Shown: piece after piece, positions 19,200-32,000 of the stretch
Position numbering within the stretch: position 1 is the first letter of the stretch
Layout: every line of letters starts with the position of its first letter
Source: Pseudomonadota bacterium
GTDB lineage: Bacteria > Pseudomonadota > Gammaproteobacteria > Nevskiales > OUC007
Direction: 5' to 3'
Assembly: GCA_036156195.1 (NCBI GenBank)
Contig: JAYZUZ010000019.1
Coordinates: forward strand, 82,680 to 114,679
DNA length: 32,000 bases
The notes under the pieces: generated by a model
Database searches by the model: none
Seen by the model: the letters and a program-made list of their open reading frames with translations, nothing else
What the model was told of the DNA's origin: nothing
Position numbers and translations under genes: made by a program

Positions 19200-19238
19200 A
19201 CACTCGGCTTCCGGCGTTAGGTTTCCGGCAACGCCTCC

Positions 19239-20429
19239 TTACTCGATGATCTTGACGACGACGCCGGCACCAACGGTACGACCACCTTCGCGAATAGCGA
19301 AGCGCAGGCCGTCTTCCATGGCGATCGGTGCGATCAGCTCAACGTCCAGGTTAACGTTGTCACCCGGCATGACCATTTCCGTGCCCTCCGCCAGGGTGCA
19401 CGCACCGGTGACGTCCGTGGTACGGAAGTAGAACTGCGGGCGATAACCCTGGAAGAACGGGGTATGACGACCACCCTCTTCCTTCTTCAGGATGTACACC
19501 TCAGCTTCAAACTTGGTGTGGGGCGTAATCGAACCCGGCTTGGCCAGAACCTGGCCACGTTCGATTTCTTCACGCTTGGTGCCACGCAGCAGCACACCCA
19601 CGTTGTCACCGGCACGACCTTCGTCCAGCAGCTTGCGGAACATTTCGACACCGGTAACGGTGGTCTTGGCAGTGGCCTTGATACCGACGATTTCGATTTC
19701 TTCGCCGACCTTGACGATGCCACGCTCCACACGGCCGGTGGCGACGGTGCCACGACCGGAGATCGAGAACACGTCTTCGACCGGCATCAGGAACGTGCCG
19801 TCGATGGCGCGCTCCGGCTCGGGAATGTACTCGTCCAGGGCCGCGATCAGCTTGTCGATGGCCTGAGAACCGATCTCGGACTCGTCGCCCTCAACAGCCT
19901 TCAGGGCGGAACCGGTGATGATCGGGGTGTCGTCGCCCGGGAACTCGTAAGCGTCCAGCAGCTCACGCACTTCCATTTCAACCAGCTCGAGCAGCTCCGG
20001 ATCGTCGACCATATCGGCCTTGTTCAGGAACACGACGATGTAAGGCACGCCAACCTGGCGAGCCAGCAGAATGTGTTCACGGGTCTGCGGCATCGGGCCG
20101 TCGGCAGCGGACACGACCAGGATCGCGCCGTCCATCTGCGCAGCACCGGTGATCATGTTCTTGACGTAGTCAGCGTGCCCAGGGCAATCCACGTGAGCGT
20201 AGTGACGCGCCTCCGACTCATACTCAACGTGAGCGGTTGCGATCGTGATTCCGCGAGCCTTTTCTTCCGGCGCGTTATCAATCTGATCGTATGCACGCTG
20301 CTCACCGCCAAACTTCTTGGCCTGGCAAATCGTCAGTGCCGCGGTCAACGTGGTCTTACCATGGTCAACGTGACCGATGGTGCCGACGTTCACGTGCGGC
20401 TTGGTACGCTCGAACTTTTCCTTCGACAT
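19239..20429 (-). CDS. tuf: Elongation factor Tu
   Basis: 396 aa, [32 protein letters not shown], with DCPGHADY and NKAD motifs. Confidence 0.99.
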   Translation of the reverse strand: MSKEKFERTKPHVNVGTIGHVDHGKTTLTAALTICQAKKFGGEQRAYDQIDNAPEEKARGITIATAHVEYESEARHYAHVDCPGHADYVKNMITGAAQMDGAILVVSAADGPMPQTREHILLARQVGVPYIVVFLNKADMVDDPELLELVEMEVRELLDAYEFPGDDTPIITGSALKAVEGDESEIGSQAIDKLIAALDEYIPEPERAIDGTFLMPVEDVFSISGRGTVATGRVERGIVKVGEEIEIVGIKATAKTTVTGVEMFRKLLDEGRAGDNVGVLLRGTKREEIERGQVLAKPGSITPHTKFEAEVYILKKEEGGRHTPFFQGYRPQFYFRTTDVTGACTLAEGTEMVMPGDNVNLDVELIAPIAMEDGLRFAIREGGRTVGAGVVVKIIE

Positions 20430-20466
20430 GAGTCGGTCCCTTCTTTCTCGAATCTGATAGTAGAGA

Positions 20467-22563
20467 TTACGAAGCCTTCTTCAGACCTTCGGTCACATTC
20501 GAAGGTGCTTCTGAGTACTTCTTAAACTGCATGGTGTAAGTCGCCCGACCCTGACTCATGGAGCGGAGATCGGTCGCATATCCGAACATCTCGGATAACG
20601 GCACTTCTGCCGATACGGTTTTACCGGATGGCGTTTCTTCCATCCCTTGCACGAGCCCGCGACGACGATTCAGATCACCCATCACGTCACCCATGTATTC
20701 CTCGGGCGTCACCACGCTGACCGCCATGATCGGCTCAAGCAAGACCGGATCGGCCTTGGCAACACCGTCACGGAGGGCCATGGAGGCGGCAATCTTAAAC
20801 GCCGTTTCGCTGGAGTCAACCTCGTGATACGAACCATCAAATAAGGTGGCCTTCACGTCGACGACGGGATAACCGAGAACCACGCCGTTTTGCAGCGCTT
20901 CTTCGACACCCTTGCCGACCGCAGGAATGTACTCCCGCGGCACCACACCACCGACGATTTCGTTCACAAACTCGAAACCTGCACCCGCCTCACGCGGCTC
21001 AATCCGGATCCAGACGTGACCATACTGACCGCGCCCACCGGATTGCCTGACAAACTTACCTTCCTGCTCAACCATCTTGCGGATGGTCTCGCGGTAGGCC
21101 ACCTGCGGGCGACCCACATTGGACTCAACATTGAACTCGCGACGCATCCGATCCACGATGATCTCCAGGTGGAGTTCACCCATTCCGGAAATAATCGTCT
21201 GACCCGACTCCTCATCCGTATGCACTCGGAATGAAGGGTCTTCCTGCGCCAGCTTGCCCAGGGCAACGCCCATCTTCTCCTGGTCGGCCTTGGTCTTCGG
21301 CTCGACGGCAATCGAAATCACCGGGTCCGGAAAATCCATCCGCTCCAGAATCACCGGCTGATCCATGCTGCAAAGCGTGGTTCCGGTGGTCACATTCTTC
21401 AGCCCCACGATGGCGCAAATGTCGCCAGCACGGACTTCCTTCAATTCTTCTCGCGAATTGGAATGCATCTGCAGCAATCGGCCGATGCGCTCTTTCTTCC
21501 GCTCGATCGGGTTGTACACGGTATCGCCCGACGACAGCACACCCGAGTACACACGAACAAATGTCAGCGTTCCCACATAGGGGTCGGTCGCGATTTTGAA
21601 CGCCAAACCTGCAAACGGCGCCTCGTCAGTCGAATCGCGCACGACCGTCTTGGATTCATCATCCGGGTCAACGCCCTTGATCGCCGGCACTTCAACCGGC
21701 GACGGCATGAACTCGACCACTGCATCCAGCAGCGCCTGCACGCCCTTGTTCTTGAACGCCGTACCGCACAGCGTCAACACAATCTCCGTCGCGATCACCC
21801 GCGCACGCAGACCGCGCTTGATTTCCTCTACGGACAGGTCACCCGTTTCCAGGTACTTGTCCATGAGCGCCTCATCCGCCTCGGCAGCCGCCTCGAGCAA
21901 GGCCTCTCGGCCCGCCTGCGCGCGACTCTGCAAGCCTTCCGGAATCGGCCGTTCCTCGAACGTCATACCGAGGTCTTCCTGATTCCAGTAGATCGCCTGC
22001 ATACGCAGCAGATCAACAACGCCCTCAAAATGGTCTTCAGCGCCAATCGGCAACTGAATCGGCACCGCCACCGCGCCAAGACGCTCCTTGAGCATCGTCA
22101 GGCAGCGGTCATAGTCGGCGCCGATCTTGTCCATCTTGTTGACAAACACAAGCCGCGGGACACGGTACTTGTTTGCCTGCCGCCAGACCGTCTCAGTCTG
22201 CGGCTCCACACCGGCGTTGGCGTCGAGCACGCAGACCGCGCTATCCAGCACACGCAGCGAACGTTCGACCTCAATCGTGAAATCGACGTGCCCTGGGGTG
22301 TCGATAATGTTGAGACGATGCTCCTCGAACTGCTTCTCCATGCCCTGCCAGAAGCAGGTCGTTGCAGCAGAGGTAATCGTGATCCCGCGCTCTTGCTCCT
22401 GCTCCATCCAGTCCATCGTGGCTGCGCCATCGTGGACCTCCCCCATCTTATGAGACACACCCGTATAGAAAAGGATGCGCTCAGTGGTCGTCGTCTTGCC
22501 GGCATCAATATGCGCCATGATGCCGAAGTTGCGGTAACGACCGATGGGGTGCTTTCTAGCCAT
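20467..22563 (-). CDS. fusA: Elongation factor G
   Basis: 698 aa with [26 protein letters not shown] and [10 protein letters not shown]. Confidence 0.99.
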   Translation of the reverse strand: MARKHPIGRYRNFGIMAHIDAGKTTTTERILFYTGVSHKMGEVHDGAATMDWMEQEQERGITITSAATTCFWQGMEKQFEEHRLNIIDTPGHVDFTIEVERSLRVLDSAVCVLDANAGVEPQTETVWRQANKYRVPRLVFVNKMDKIGADYDRCLTMLKERLGAVAVPIQLPIGAEDHFEGVVDLLRMQAIYWNQEDLGMTFEERPIPEGLQSRAQAGREALLEAAAEADEALMDKYLETGDLSVEEIKRGLRARVIATEIVLTLCGTAFKNKGVQALLDAVVEFMPSPVEVPAIKGVDPDDESKTVVRDSTDEAPFAGLAFKIATDPYVGTLTFVRVYSGVLSSGDTVYNPIERKKERIGRLLQMHSNSREELKEVRAGDICAIVGLKNVTTGTTLCSMDQPVILERMDFPDPVISIAVEPKTKADQEKMGVALGKLAQEDPSFRVHTDEESGQTIISGMGELHLEIIVDRMRREFNVESNVGRPQVAYRETIRKMVEQEGKFVRQSGGRGQYGHVWIRIEPREAGAGFEFVNEIVGGVVPREYIPAVGKGVEEALQNGVVLGYPVVDVKATLFDGSYHEVDSSETAFKIAASMALRDGVAKADPVLLEPIMAVSVVTPEEYMGDVMGDLNRRRGLVQGMEETPSGKTVSAEVPLSEMFGYATDLRSMSQGRATYTMQFKKYSEAPSNVTEGLKKAS

Positions 22564-22586
22564 GGGGGCGGTTCGCGCTTAACCGG

Positions 22587-23048
22587 CTACCAGCGGAAGT
22601 GCGAGAATGCGCGGTTGGCTTCAGCCATGCGATGCGTATCTTCACGCTTTTTCACGGCAGCACCACGGCTCTCGGACGCATCCGACAGCTCACCCGCCAA
22701 ACGAGATGCCATATCTTTCTCACCGCGGCGACGCGCAGCATCGATCAGCCAGCGCATAGCCAACGTGTTGCGACGGATCGCGCGCACTTCGACCGGCACC
22801 TGGTACGTGGCACCACCGACACGGCGAGACTTCACCTCAACCAGTGGACGCACATTCTCAAGCGCCTGCTCGAGAACGCCCATGGGTTCTGCAGCATTGA
22901 GCTGATCCAGGGCACCGTAAACAATGCTTTCCGCCGTCGACTTTTTGCCATCAACCATGATCATGTTGATGAACTTGGACAGCAGCTCACTCTTGTACTT
23001 GGGATCCGGAAGGATGACCCGTTTTTCGGGGGTACGACGACGTGACAT
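22587..23048 (-). CDS. rpsG: 30S ribosomal protein S7
   Basis: 153 aa with [36 protein letters not shown], ending in HFRW. Confidence 0.97.
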   Translation of the reverse strand: MSRRRTPEKRVILPDPKYKSELLSKFINMIMVDGKKSTAESIVYGALDQLNAAEPMGVLEQALENVRPLVEVKSRRVGGATYQVPVEVRAIRRNTLAMRWLIDAARRRGEKDMASRLAGELSDASESRGAAVKKREDTHRMAEANRAFSHFRW

Positions 23049-23060
23049 GCGCCTGACTCC

Positions 23061-23435
23061 TTAGTTCTTCGGACGCTTGGCGCCGTACTTGGAACGACCC
23101 TGACGACGCGCCTCGACACCACTGGTGTCCAGCGCTCCGCGCACGGTGTGGTAGCGAACACCCGGCAAGTCCTTTACACGACCGCCGCGAATCAGCACGA
23201 CCGAGTGCTCCTGCAGGTTATGACCCTCACCACCGATGTAGCTGGTCACTTCGAACCCGTTGGTCAATCGAACACGCGCGACCTTACGCAGCGCCGAGTT
23301 CGGCTTCTTTGGGGTTGTGGTGTAGACGCGCGTGCAGACGCCACGTTTCTGCGGGCTGGCCTGCAAGGCCGGAACCGCGTTCTTAACGGGCTTCTCTTTC
23401 CGCCCTTTGCGCACTAGCTGATTAATCGTTGGCAC
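23061..23435 (-). CDS. rpsL: 30S ribosomal protein S12
   Basis: The track ORF (180 aa) is over-extended. The homologous protein begins at GTG 23435: (M)[50 protein letters not shown]. 124 aa. No other in-frame start codon lies nearby. Confidence 0.93.
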   Translation of the reverse strand: MPTINQLVRKGRKEKPVKNAVPALQASPQKRGVCTRVYTTTPKKPNSALRKVARVRLTNGFEVTSYIGGEGHNLQEHSVVLIRGGRVKDLPGVRYHTVRGALDTSGVEARRQGRSKYGAKRPKN

Positions 23436-23449
23436 AGTCTGGATGTCCG

Positions 23450-23492
23450 AAAAAAGGCCAAAAAATTGACGGAACGGAGTCTCCGTCCCGTC
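23450..23492 (-). promoter_or_regulatory. 5'-leader stem-loop followed by two U-tracts, immediately upstream of rpsL (attenuator, 5' stabiliser or translational enhancer)
   Basis: Minus strand reads GACGGGACGGAG-A-CTCCGTTCCGTC (12-nt arms, one mismatch), then AATTTTTTGGCCTTTTTTCGG. It sits between the candidate promoter and the GTG start. Confidence 0.5.
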
Positions 23493-23507
23493 TTCGAGAG
23501 GGCGCGA

Positions 23508-23536
23508 ATCGTACAGAGACACCCATGGAGTGTCAA
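23508..23536 (-). promoter_or_regulatory. Candidate sigma70 promoter of the str operon
   Basis: Minus strand reads TTGACA (consensus -35), a 17-nt spacer, then TACGAT (-10), in the 167-nt rpoC-rpsL gap. Confidence 0.55.
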
Positions 23537-23602
23537 GACGAAAACGCCCGTTTTGCTTGGGCTGCCGACGGACGCAGAACGCGTCGCCGGCAGCCCGGCC
23601 CA

Positions 23603-27829
<4,227 letters not shown>

Positions 27830-27959
27830 AACAGCTCCACAACTGTGGTTAGCAATCGCTCTGGATCGAACTCAGAAGATTCTGAGTGACGACCCGGCTG
27901 ACCATCTTGGATACCGGGTGCGCCGGGCCCGCGGTGTAAACCGCGAGCCCGGCGGACCG

Positions 27960-30900
27960 TCAGTTGTCCTCTTCCAGCTCGATGTTGAGGCCCAGCGACC
28001 GAATTTCCTTGACCAGCACGTTGAAGGACTCGGGCATGCCCGCCTCCATCCGGTGGTCGCCGTCCACGATGTTCTTGTACATGCGTGTACGACCGGTGGT
28101 GTCATCGGACTTCACCGTCAGCATTTCCTGCAAGGTGTAGGCGGCGCCATAGGCCTCTAGCGCCCAGACCTCCATCTCACCGAAGCGCTGACCACCAAAC
28201 TGCGCCTTACCACCCAGCGGCTGCTGCGTGACCAGCGAGTACGGACCGGTGGACCGGGCATGCATCTTGTCATCCACCAAGTGGTTGAGCTTGAGCATGT
28301 ACATGTAGCCCACCGTCACCGGTCGGGCGAAGGCATCGCCCGTCCGCCCGTCGATCAGCTTGCACTGCCCTGTCTCCGGCAGATCGGCAAGCTTGAGCAG
28401 ACCCTTGATCTCATCTTCGGCGGCACCGTCAAACACCGGCGTAGCCGTGGGCACACCCTTGGAGAGGTTCTTGGCCATCTGCAGGACTTCTTCGTCCGTG
28501 AACTCGTCCATGTCCACGACCTGAGCGCCCTTGCTGGCATACACCTCGGCCAGGAACTTGCGGAGTTCCTGCGTGGCGTTGGCAGCTTCAAGCATGCGGC
28601 CGATCTTCAGACCAACGCCCTTGGCTGCCCAGCCCAGATGGGTCTCGAGAATCTGACCAATGTTCATGCGCGACGGCACGCCCAGCGGGTTCAGCACGAT
28701 ATCAACCGGTGTGCCGTCTTCACCAAACGGCATGTCCTCAACAGGCACGATCTGCGAGATCACACCCTTGTTACCGTGACGACCCGCCATCTTGTCGCCC
28801 GGTTGGATGCGACGCTTCACCGCCAGGTAGACCTTCACCATCTTGAGCACGCCAGGGGCGAGTTCGTCACCGGCTGTGATCTTGGTCTTCTTGGACTCGA
28901 AACGCTTGTCGAATTCAACGCGCTGCTCTTCCACCTGCTTGGCGGCAGACTCGAGCTGAGCCTGGGCGTCCTCATCAGCCAGACGGATGTCGAACCACTT
29001 TTCGCGTTCCAGGCCATCGAGGTACTCCTCGGTGATCTCGGAGCCCTTCTTCAGCTTGGACGGTCCGCCATCGGCTTTCGCACCCACCAGCGCGGTCCGG
29101 ATACGTGCATAGATATCGTCCTCGAAGATGCGGAGCTGGTCATTCAAGTCCTTGCGAACCTGGGCCAGCTCTTCCGCTTCGATGGACAGTGCACGTGAAT
29201 CCTTATCGACACCCTCGCGTGTGAACACGCGCACGTCGATGACCGTGCCGTCCACGCTGGGCGGCACGCGCAGGGACGTATCTTTCACGTCCGAAGCTTT
29301 CTCGCCAAAGATGGCACGCAGCAGCTTTTCTTCCGGTGTCAGCTGGGTCTCGCCCTTGGGCGTTACCTTCCCAACCAGAATGTCGCCACCCTTCACCTCG
29401 GCGCCGATGTGCACCACGCCAGCCTGATCCAGCTTACGCAGTGCAGCCTCGTTGACGTTGGGGATGTCCTCGGTGATCTCCTCGGGCCCCAACTTCGTTT
29501 CACGCGCGACGCAGGTCAGCTCCTCAATGTGAATCGAGGTGAAGCGATCCTCTTCAACCAGCCGCTCGGATACGAGGATGGAATCCTCAAAGTTGTAGCC
29601 GTTCCACGGCATGAACGCGACCTGCAGGTTCTGGCCCAGCGCCAGCTCACCCAGATCGGTTGACGGGCCGTCGGCCACAACATCGCCACGCTCCAGCTTG
29701 TCACCAGGCTTCACCAGCGGACGCTGGTTGATGCAGGTGTTCTGGTTGGAACGCTGGTACTTGATCATGTTGTAGATGTCGACGCCTGGCTCGCCCGGGA
29801 TCGTCTCGTCATCGTTCACACGAATCACGATCCGCGAGGCGTCGACCTTGTCGACCACGCCGCCACGACGCGCAGTAATGGCCACGCCGGAGTCAACCGC
29901 CACACGGCGCTCGATACCGGTACCGACCAATGGCTTCTCCGCACGCAGACAAGGCACGGCCTGGCGCTGCATGTTCGAACCCATGAGCGCACGGTTGGCG
30001 TCATCGTGCTCAAGGAACGGAATCAATGCCGCAGCCACCGACACGATCTGACGCGGGGAGACGTCCAGATACTGGACCTTCTCCGGTGCCATGAGCGTGA
30101 ACTCGTTCTGGAATCGGCAGGACACCAGATCAGCGACAAAGGTCTTGTCCTCGCTCAGGATCGAGTTGGCCTGTGCGATGACATAGCGACCCTCTTCAAT
30201 GGCAGAGAGATACTCGATCTCATCCGTCACCACGCCGTCGACGACCTTGCGGTAAGGCGTTTCGAGGAAGCCGTACTCGTTGGTCCGCGCATACACGGCC
30301 AAGGAGTTGATCAGACCGATGTTCGGTCCTTCCGGCGTTTCGATCGGGCAGATACGACCGTAGTGGGTCGGGTGCACGTCGCGGACTTCGAACCCTGCAC
30401 GCTCACGCGTCAGACCACCCGGGCCGAGTGCCGACACGCGACGCTTATGCGTCACTTCCGACAACGGGTTGTTCTGGTCCATGAACTGCGACAGCTGAGA
30501 GGAGCCAAAGAACTCCTTGATCGCAGCGGCCACAGGCTTGGCGTTGATCAGCTCCTGCGGCATCAAACCTTCGGATTCCGCCAATGCCAGACGTTCGCGG
30601 ACCGCACGCTCCACGCGTACCAAGCCCGTACGGAACGCGTTTTCGGCCATCTCACCCACAGAGCGAATGCGACGGTTACCCAGATGATCGATGTCATCCG
30701 TCTGACCCTTGCCGTTACGGATCGCGATGATCTCTTTGGCAACGTCGATCACGTCGGAGGTGTTGCCCAACTGCTCGGCCAGATCCTTGGAGAACTGATC
30801 CTTTTTGCCTTCGAAGTACTGGGTGTCGTACAGCACGGGCGAACCCGTCACCTCGTCACGACCCAGTCGGCGGTTGAACTTCATCCGGCCAACGGCGGAG

Positions 30901-32000
30901 ATGTCATAACGCTCAGGGTTAAAGAACAGGTTGTCGAACAGGCTTTCGGCCGCGTCCTTGGTCGGCGGTTCGCCCGGACGCATCATCCGGTAGATTTCGA
31001 CCAACGCCTCTAGCTGCGTGGAAGACGGGTCCACACGCAACGTGGTGGAGATGTACGGGCCGTTATCGATTTCGTTGGTATACAGAACCGGCAAATCGGT
31101 CACGCCGGCGGCACGCAGCGACTCCAGGGTCTCCGGGATGATTTCCGCGTTCGCCTCGACCAACACCTCACCCGTCTCCGGGTCAATGATGTGGCGGGCT
31201 ACCGTCCGGCCAATCAAGTACTCCTCAGGCACTTCCAGGCGATCAACGCCGGCATCCTTGAGCAGCTTGATGTGACGCGCGGTGATGCGACGACCTTCTT
31301 CGACAATCACTTCCTTTCCGGACTTGATGTCGAACGCAGCGGTTTCGCCACGCAAACGTTCGGGCACCAGCTCCAGTTCCGCCCCATCTTTGGACAGGTG
31401 GAACATCGCCGTTTCGTGGAAGATCTCCAGCATCTGCTGGTTGTCGTAACCCAAGGCGCGGAACAGGATCGTCGCGGGCAACTTGCGGCGACGATCGATG
31501 CGCACGTACAGGTTGTCCTTCGGGTCAAACTCGAAGTCCAGCCAGGAACCACGGTATGGAATCACCCGTGCGGAGTAGAGCAACTTGCCCGAACTATGAG
31601 ACTTGCCCTTGTCGTGATCGAAGAACACGCCCGGCGAACGGTGCAGCTGCGAAACGATCACGCGCTCCGTGCCATTGATGATGAACGTGCCGTGGTCAGT
31701 CATGAGCGGCAGTTCGCCCATGTAGACCTCTTGCTCACGCACATCCTTGACGGTTTTTGTCTTGGAGTCCTTGTCGTAGATGACCAGGCGCACCACCACG
31801 CGCAACGGCGCGGAGTAGGTCATGCCGCGAATACGGCATTCCTGCTCATCAAACACCGGATTACCGAGCCGATAGCTCACGTACTCGAGTGCAGCACTGC
31901 CCGAATAGCTCGTCATCGGGAAGATGGAATTAAAGGCTGCGTGCAGCCCGGTGGCCTGCCGCTGCTCCGGCGGCAGATCAACCTGCAGGAACTGACGATA
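27960..32000 (-). CDS. rpoB: DNA-directed RNA polymerase subunit beta (5' end beyond window)
   Basis: The track ORF starts at an internal Met (31916). The frame stays open to 32000 (...[34 protein letters not shown]...), which aligns to about residue 30-60 of E. coli RpoB. The C-terminus ends in [20 protein letters not shown]. Confidence 0.98.
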   Translation of the reverse strand, partial: YRQFLQVDLPPEQRQATGLHAAFNSIFPMTSYSGSAALEYVSYRLGNPVFDEQECRIRGMTYSAPLRVVVRLVIYDKDSKTKTVKDVREQEVYMGELPLMTDHGTFIINGTERVIVSQLHRSPGVFFDHDKGKSHSSGKLLYSARVIPYRGSWLDFEFDPKDNLYVRIDRRRKLPATILFRALGYDNQQMLEIFHETAMFHLSKDGAELELVPERLRGETAAFDIKSGKEVIVEEGRRITARHIKLLKDAGVDRLEVPEEYLIGRTVARHIIDPETGEVLVEANAEIIPETLESLRAAGVTDLPVLYTNEIDNGPYISTTLRVDPSSTQLEALVEIYRMMRPGEPPTKDAAESLFDNLFFNPERYDISAVGRMKFNRRLGRDEVTGSPVLYDTQYFEGKKDQFSKDLAEQLGNTSDVIDVAKEIIAIRNGKGQTDDIDHLGNRRIRSVGEMAENAFRTGLVRVERAVRERLALAESEGLMPQELINAKPVAAAIKEFFGSSQLSQFMDQNNPLSEVTHKRRVSALGPGGLTRERAGFEVRDVHPTHYGRICPIETPEGPNIGLINSLAVYARTNEYGFLETPYRKVVDGVVTDEIEYLSAIEEGRYVIAQANSILSEDKTFVADLVSCRFQNEFTLMAPEKVQYLDVSPRQIVSVAAALIPFLEHDDANRALMGSNMQRQAVPCLRAEKPLVGTGIERRVAVDSGVAITARRGGVVDKVDASRIVIRVNDDETIPGEPGVDIYNMIKYQRSNQNTCINQRPLVKPGDKLERGDVVADGPSTDLGELALGQNLQVAFMPWNGYNFEDSILVSERLVEEDRFTSIHIEELTCVARETKLGPEEITEDIPNVNEAALRKLDQAGVVHIGAEVKGGDILVGKVTPKGETQLTPEEKLLRAIFGEKASDVKDTSLRVPPSVDGTVIDVRVFTREGVDKDSRALSIEAEELAQVRKDLNDQLRIFEDDIYARIRTALVGAKADGGPSKLKKGSEITEEYLDGLEREKWFDIRLADEDAQAQLESAAKQVEEQRVEFDKRFESKKTKITAGDELAPGVLKMVKVYLAVKRRIQPGDKMAGRHGNKGVISQIVPVEDMPFGEDGTPVDIVLNPLGVPSRMNIGQILETHLGWAAKGVGLKIGRMLEAANATQELRKFLAEVYASKGAQVVDMDEFTDEEVLQMAKNLSKGVPTATPVFDGAAEDEIKGLLKLADLPETGQCKLIDGRTGDAFARPVTVGYMYMLKLNHLVDDKMHARSTGPYSLVTQQPLGGKAQFGGQRFGEMEVWALEAYGAAYTLQEMLTVKSDDTTGRTRMYKNIVDGDHRMEAGMPESFNVLVKEIRSLGLNIELEEDN

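Overview
High-GC (about 55-63% by eye) proteobacterial-type chromosomal window, with every real gene on the minus strand. About 27 kb (5402-32000) is the conserved transcription/translation supercluster in canonical order: rpoB (5' end off window), rpoC, the str operon (rpsL-rpsG-fusA-tuf), the S10 operon (rpsJ to rpsQ, 11 genes), the spc operon (rplN to rpmJ including secY, 12 genes) and the alpha operon (rpsM-rpsK-rpsD-rpoA-rplQ). I corrected several starts where the ORF track over-extends (rpsL, rplC, rplW, rplV, rplN, rplX, rplF, rplO). I also added rpmJ, which is too short for the track. The only accessory content is 1-5303, directly downstream of rplQ. It holds four tightly packed, co-oriented genes: a TviB/WbpO-type UDP-N-acetylhexosamine 6-dehydrogenase, a DUF354-like protein, a 480-aa orphan with a GT-B-like C-terminal signature, and a CBS-NeuB-SAF fusion. 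The fusion is absent from the ORF track because it runs off the window; I found it by manual translation. This cluster is the best candidate for something poorly described, possibly an unusual ulosonic/nonulosonic-acid glycan module, but function is inferred from motifs only. Secondary oddities are non-coding: a 305-nt structured spacer between rpsJ and rplC, a terminator-like hairpin plus U-tracts between a good promoter and the SD-less GTG start of rpsL, and hairpin-bearing spacers at tuf/rpsJ, rpsD/rpoA and rpoB/rpoC. I saw no tRNA, rRNA, CRISPR, IS element or defence-type genes.
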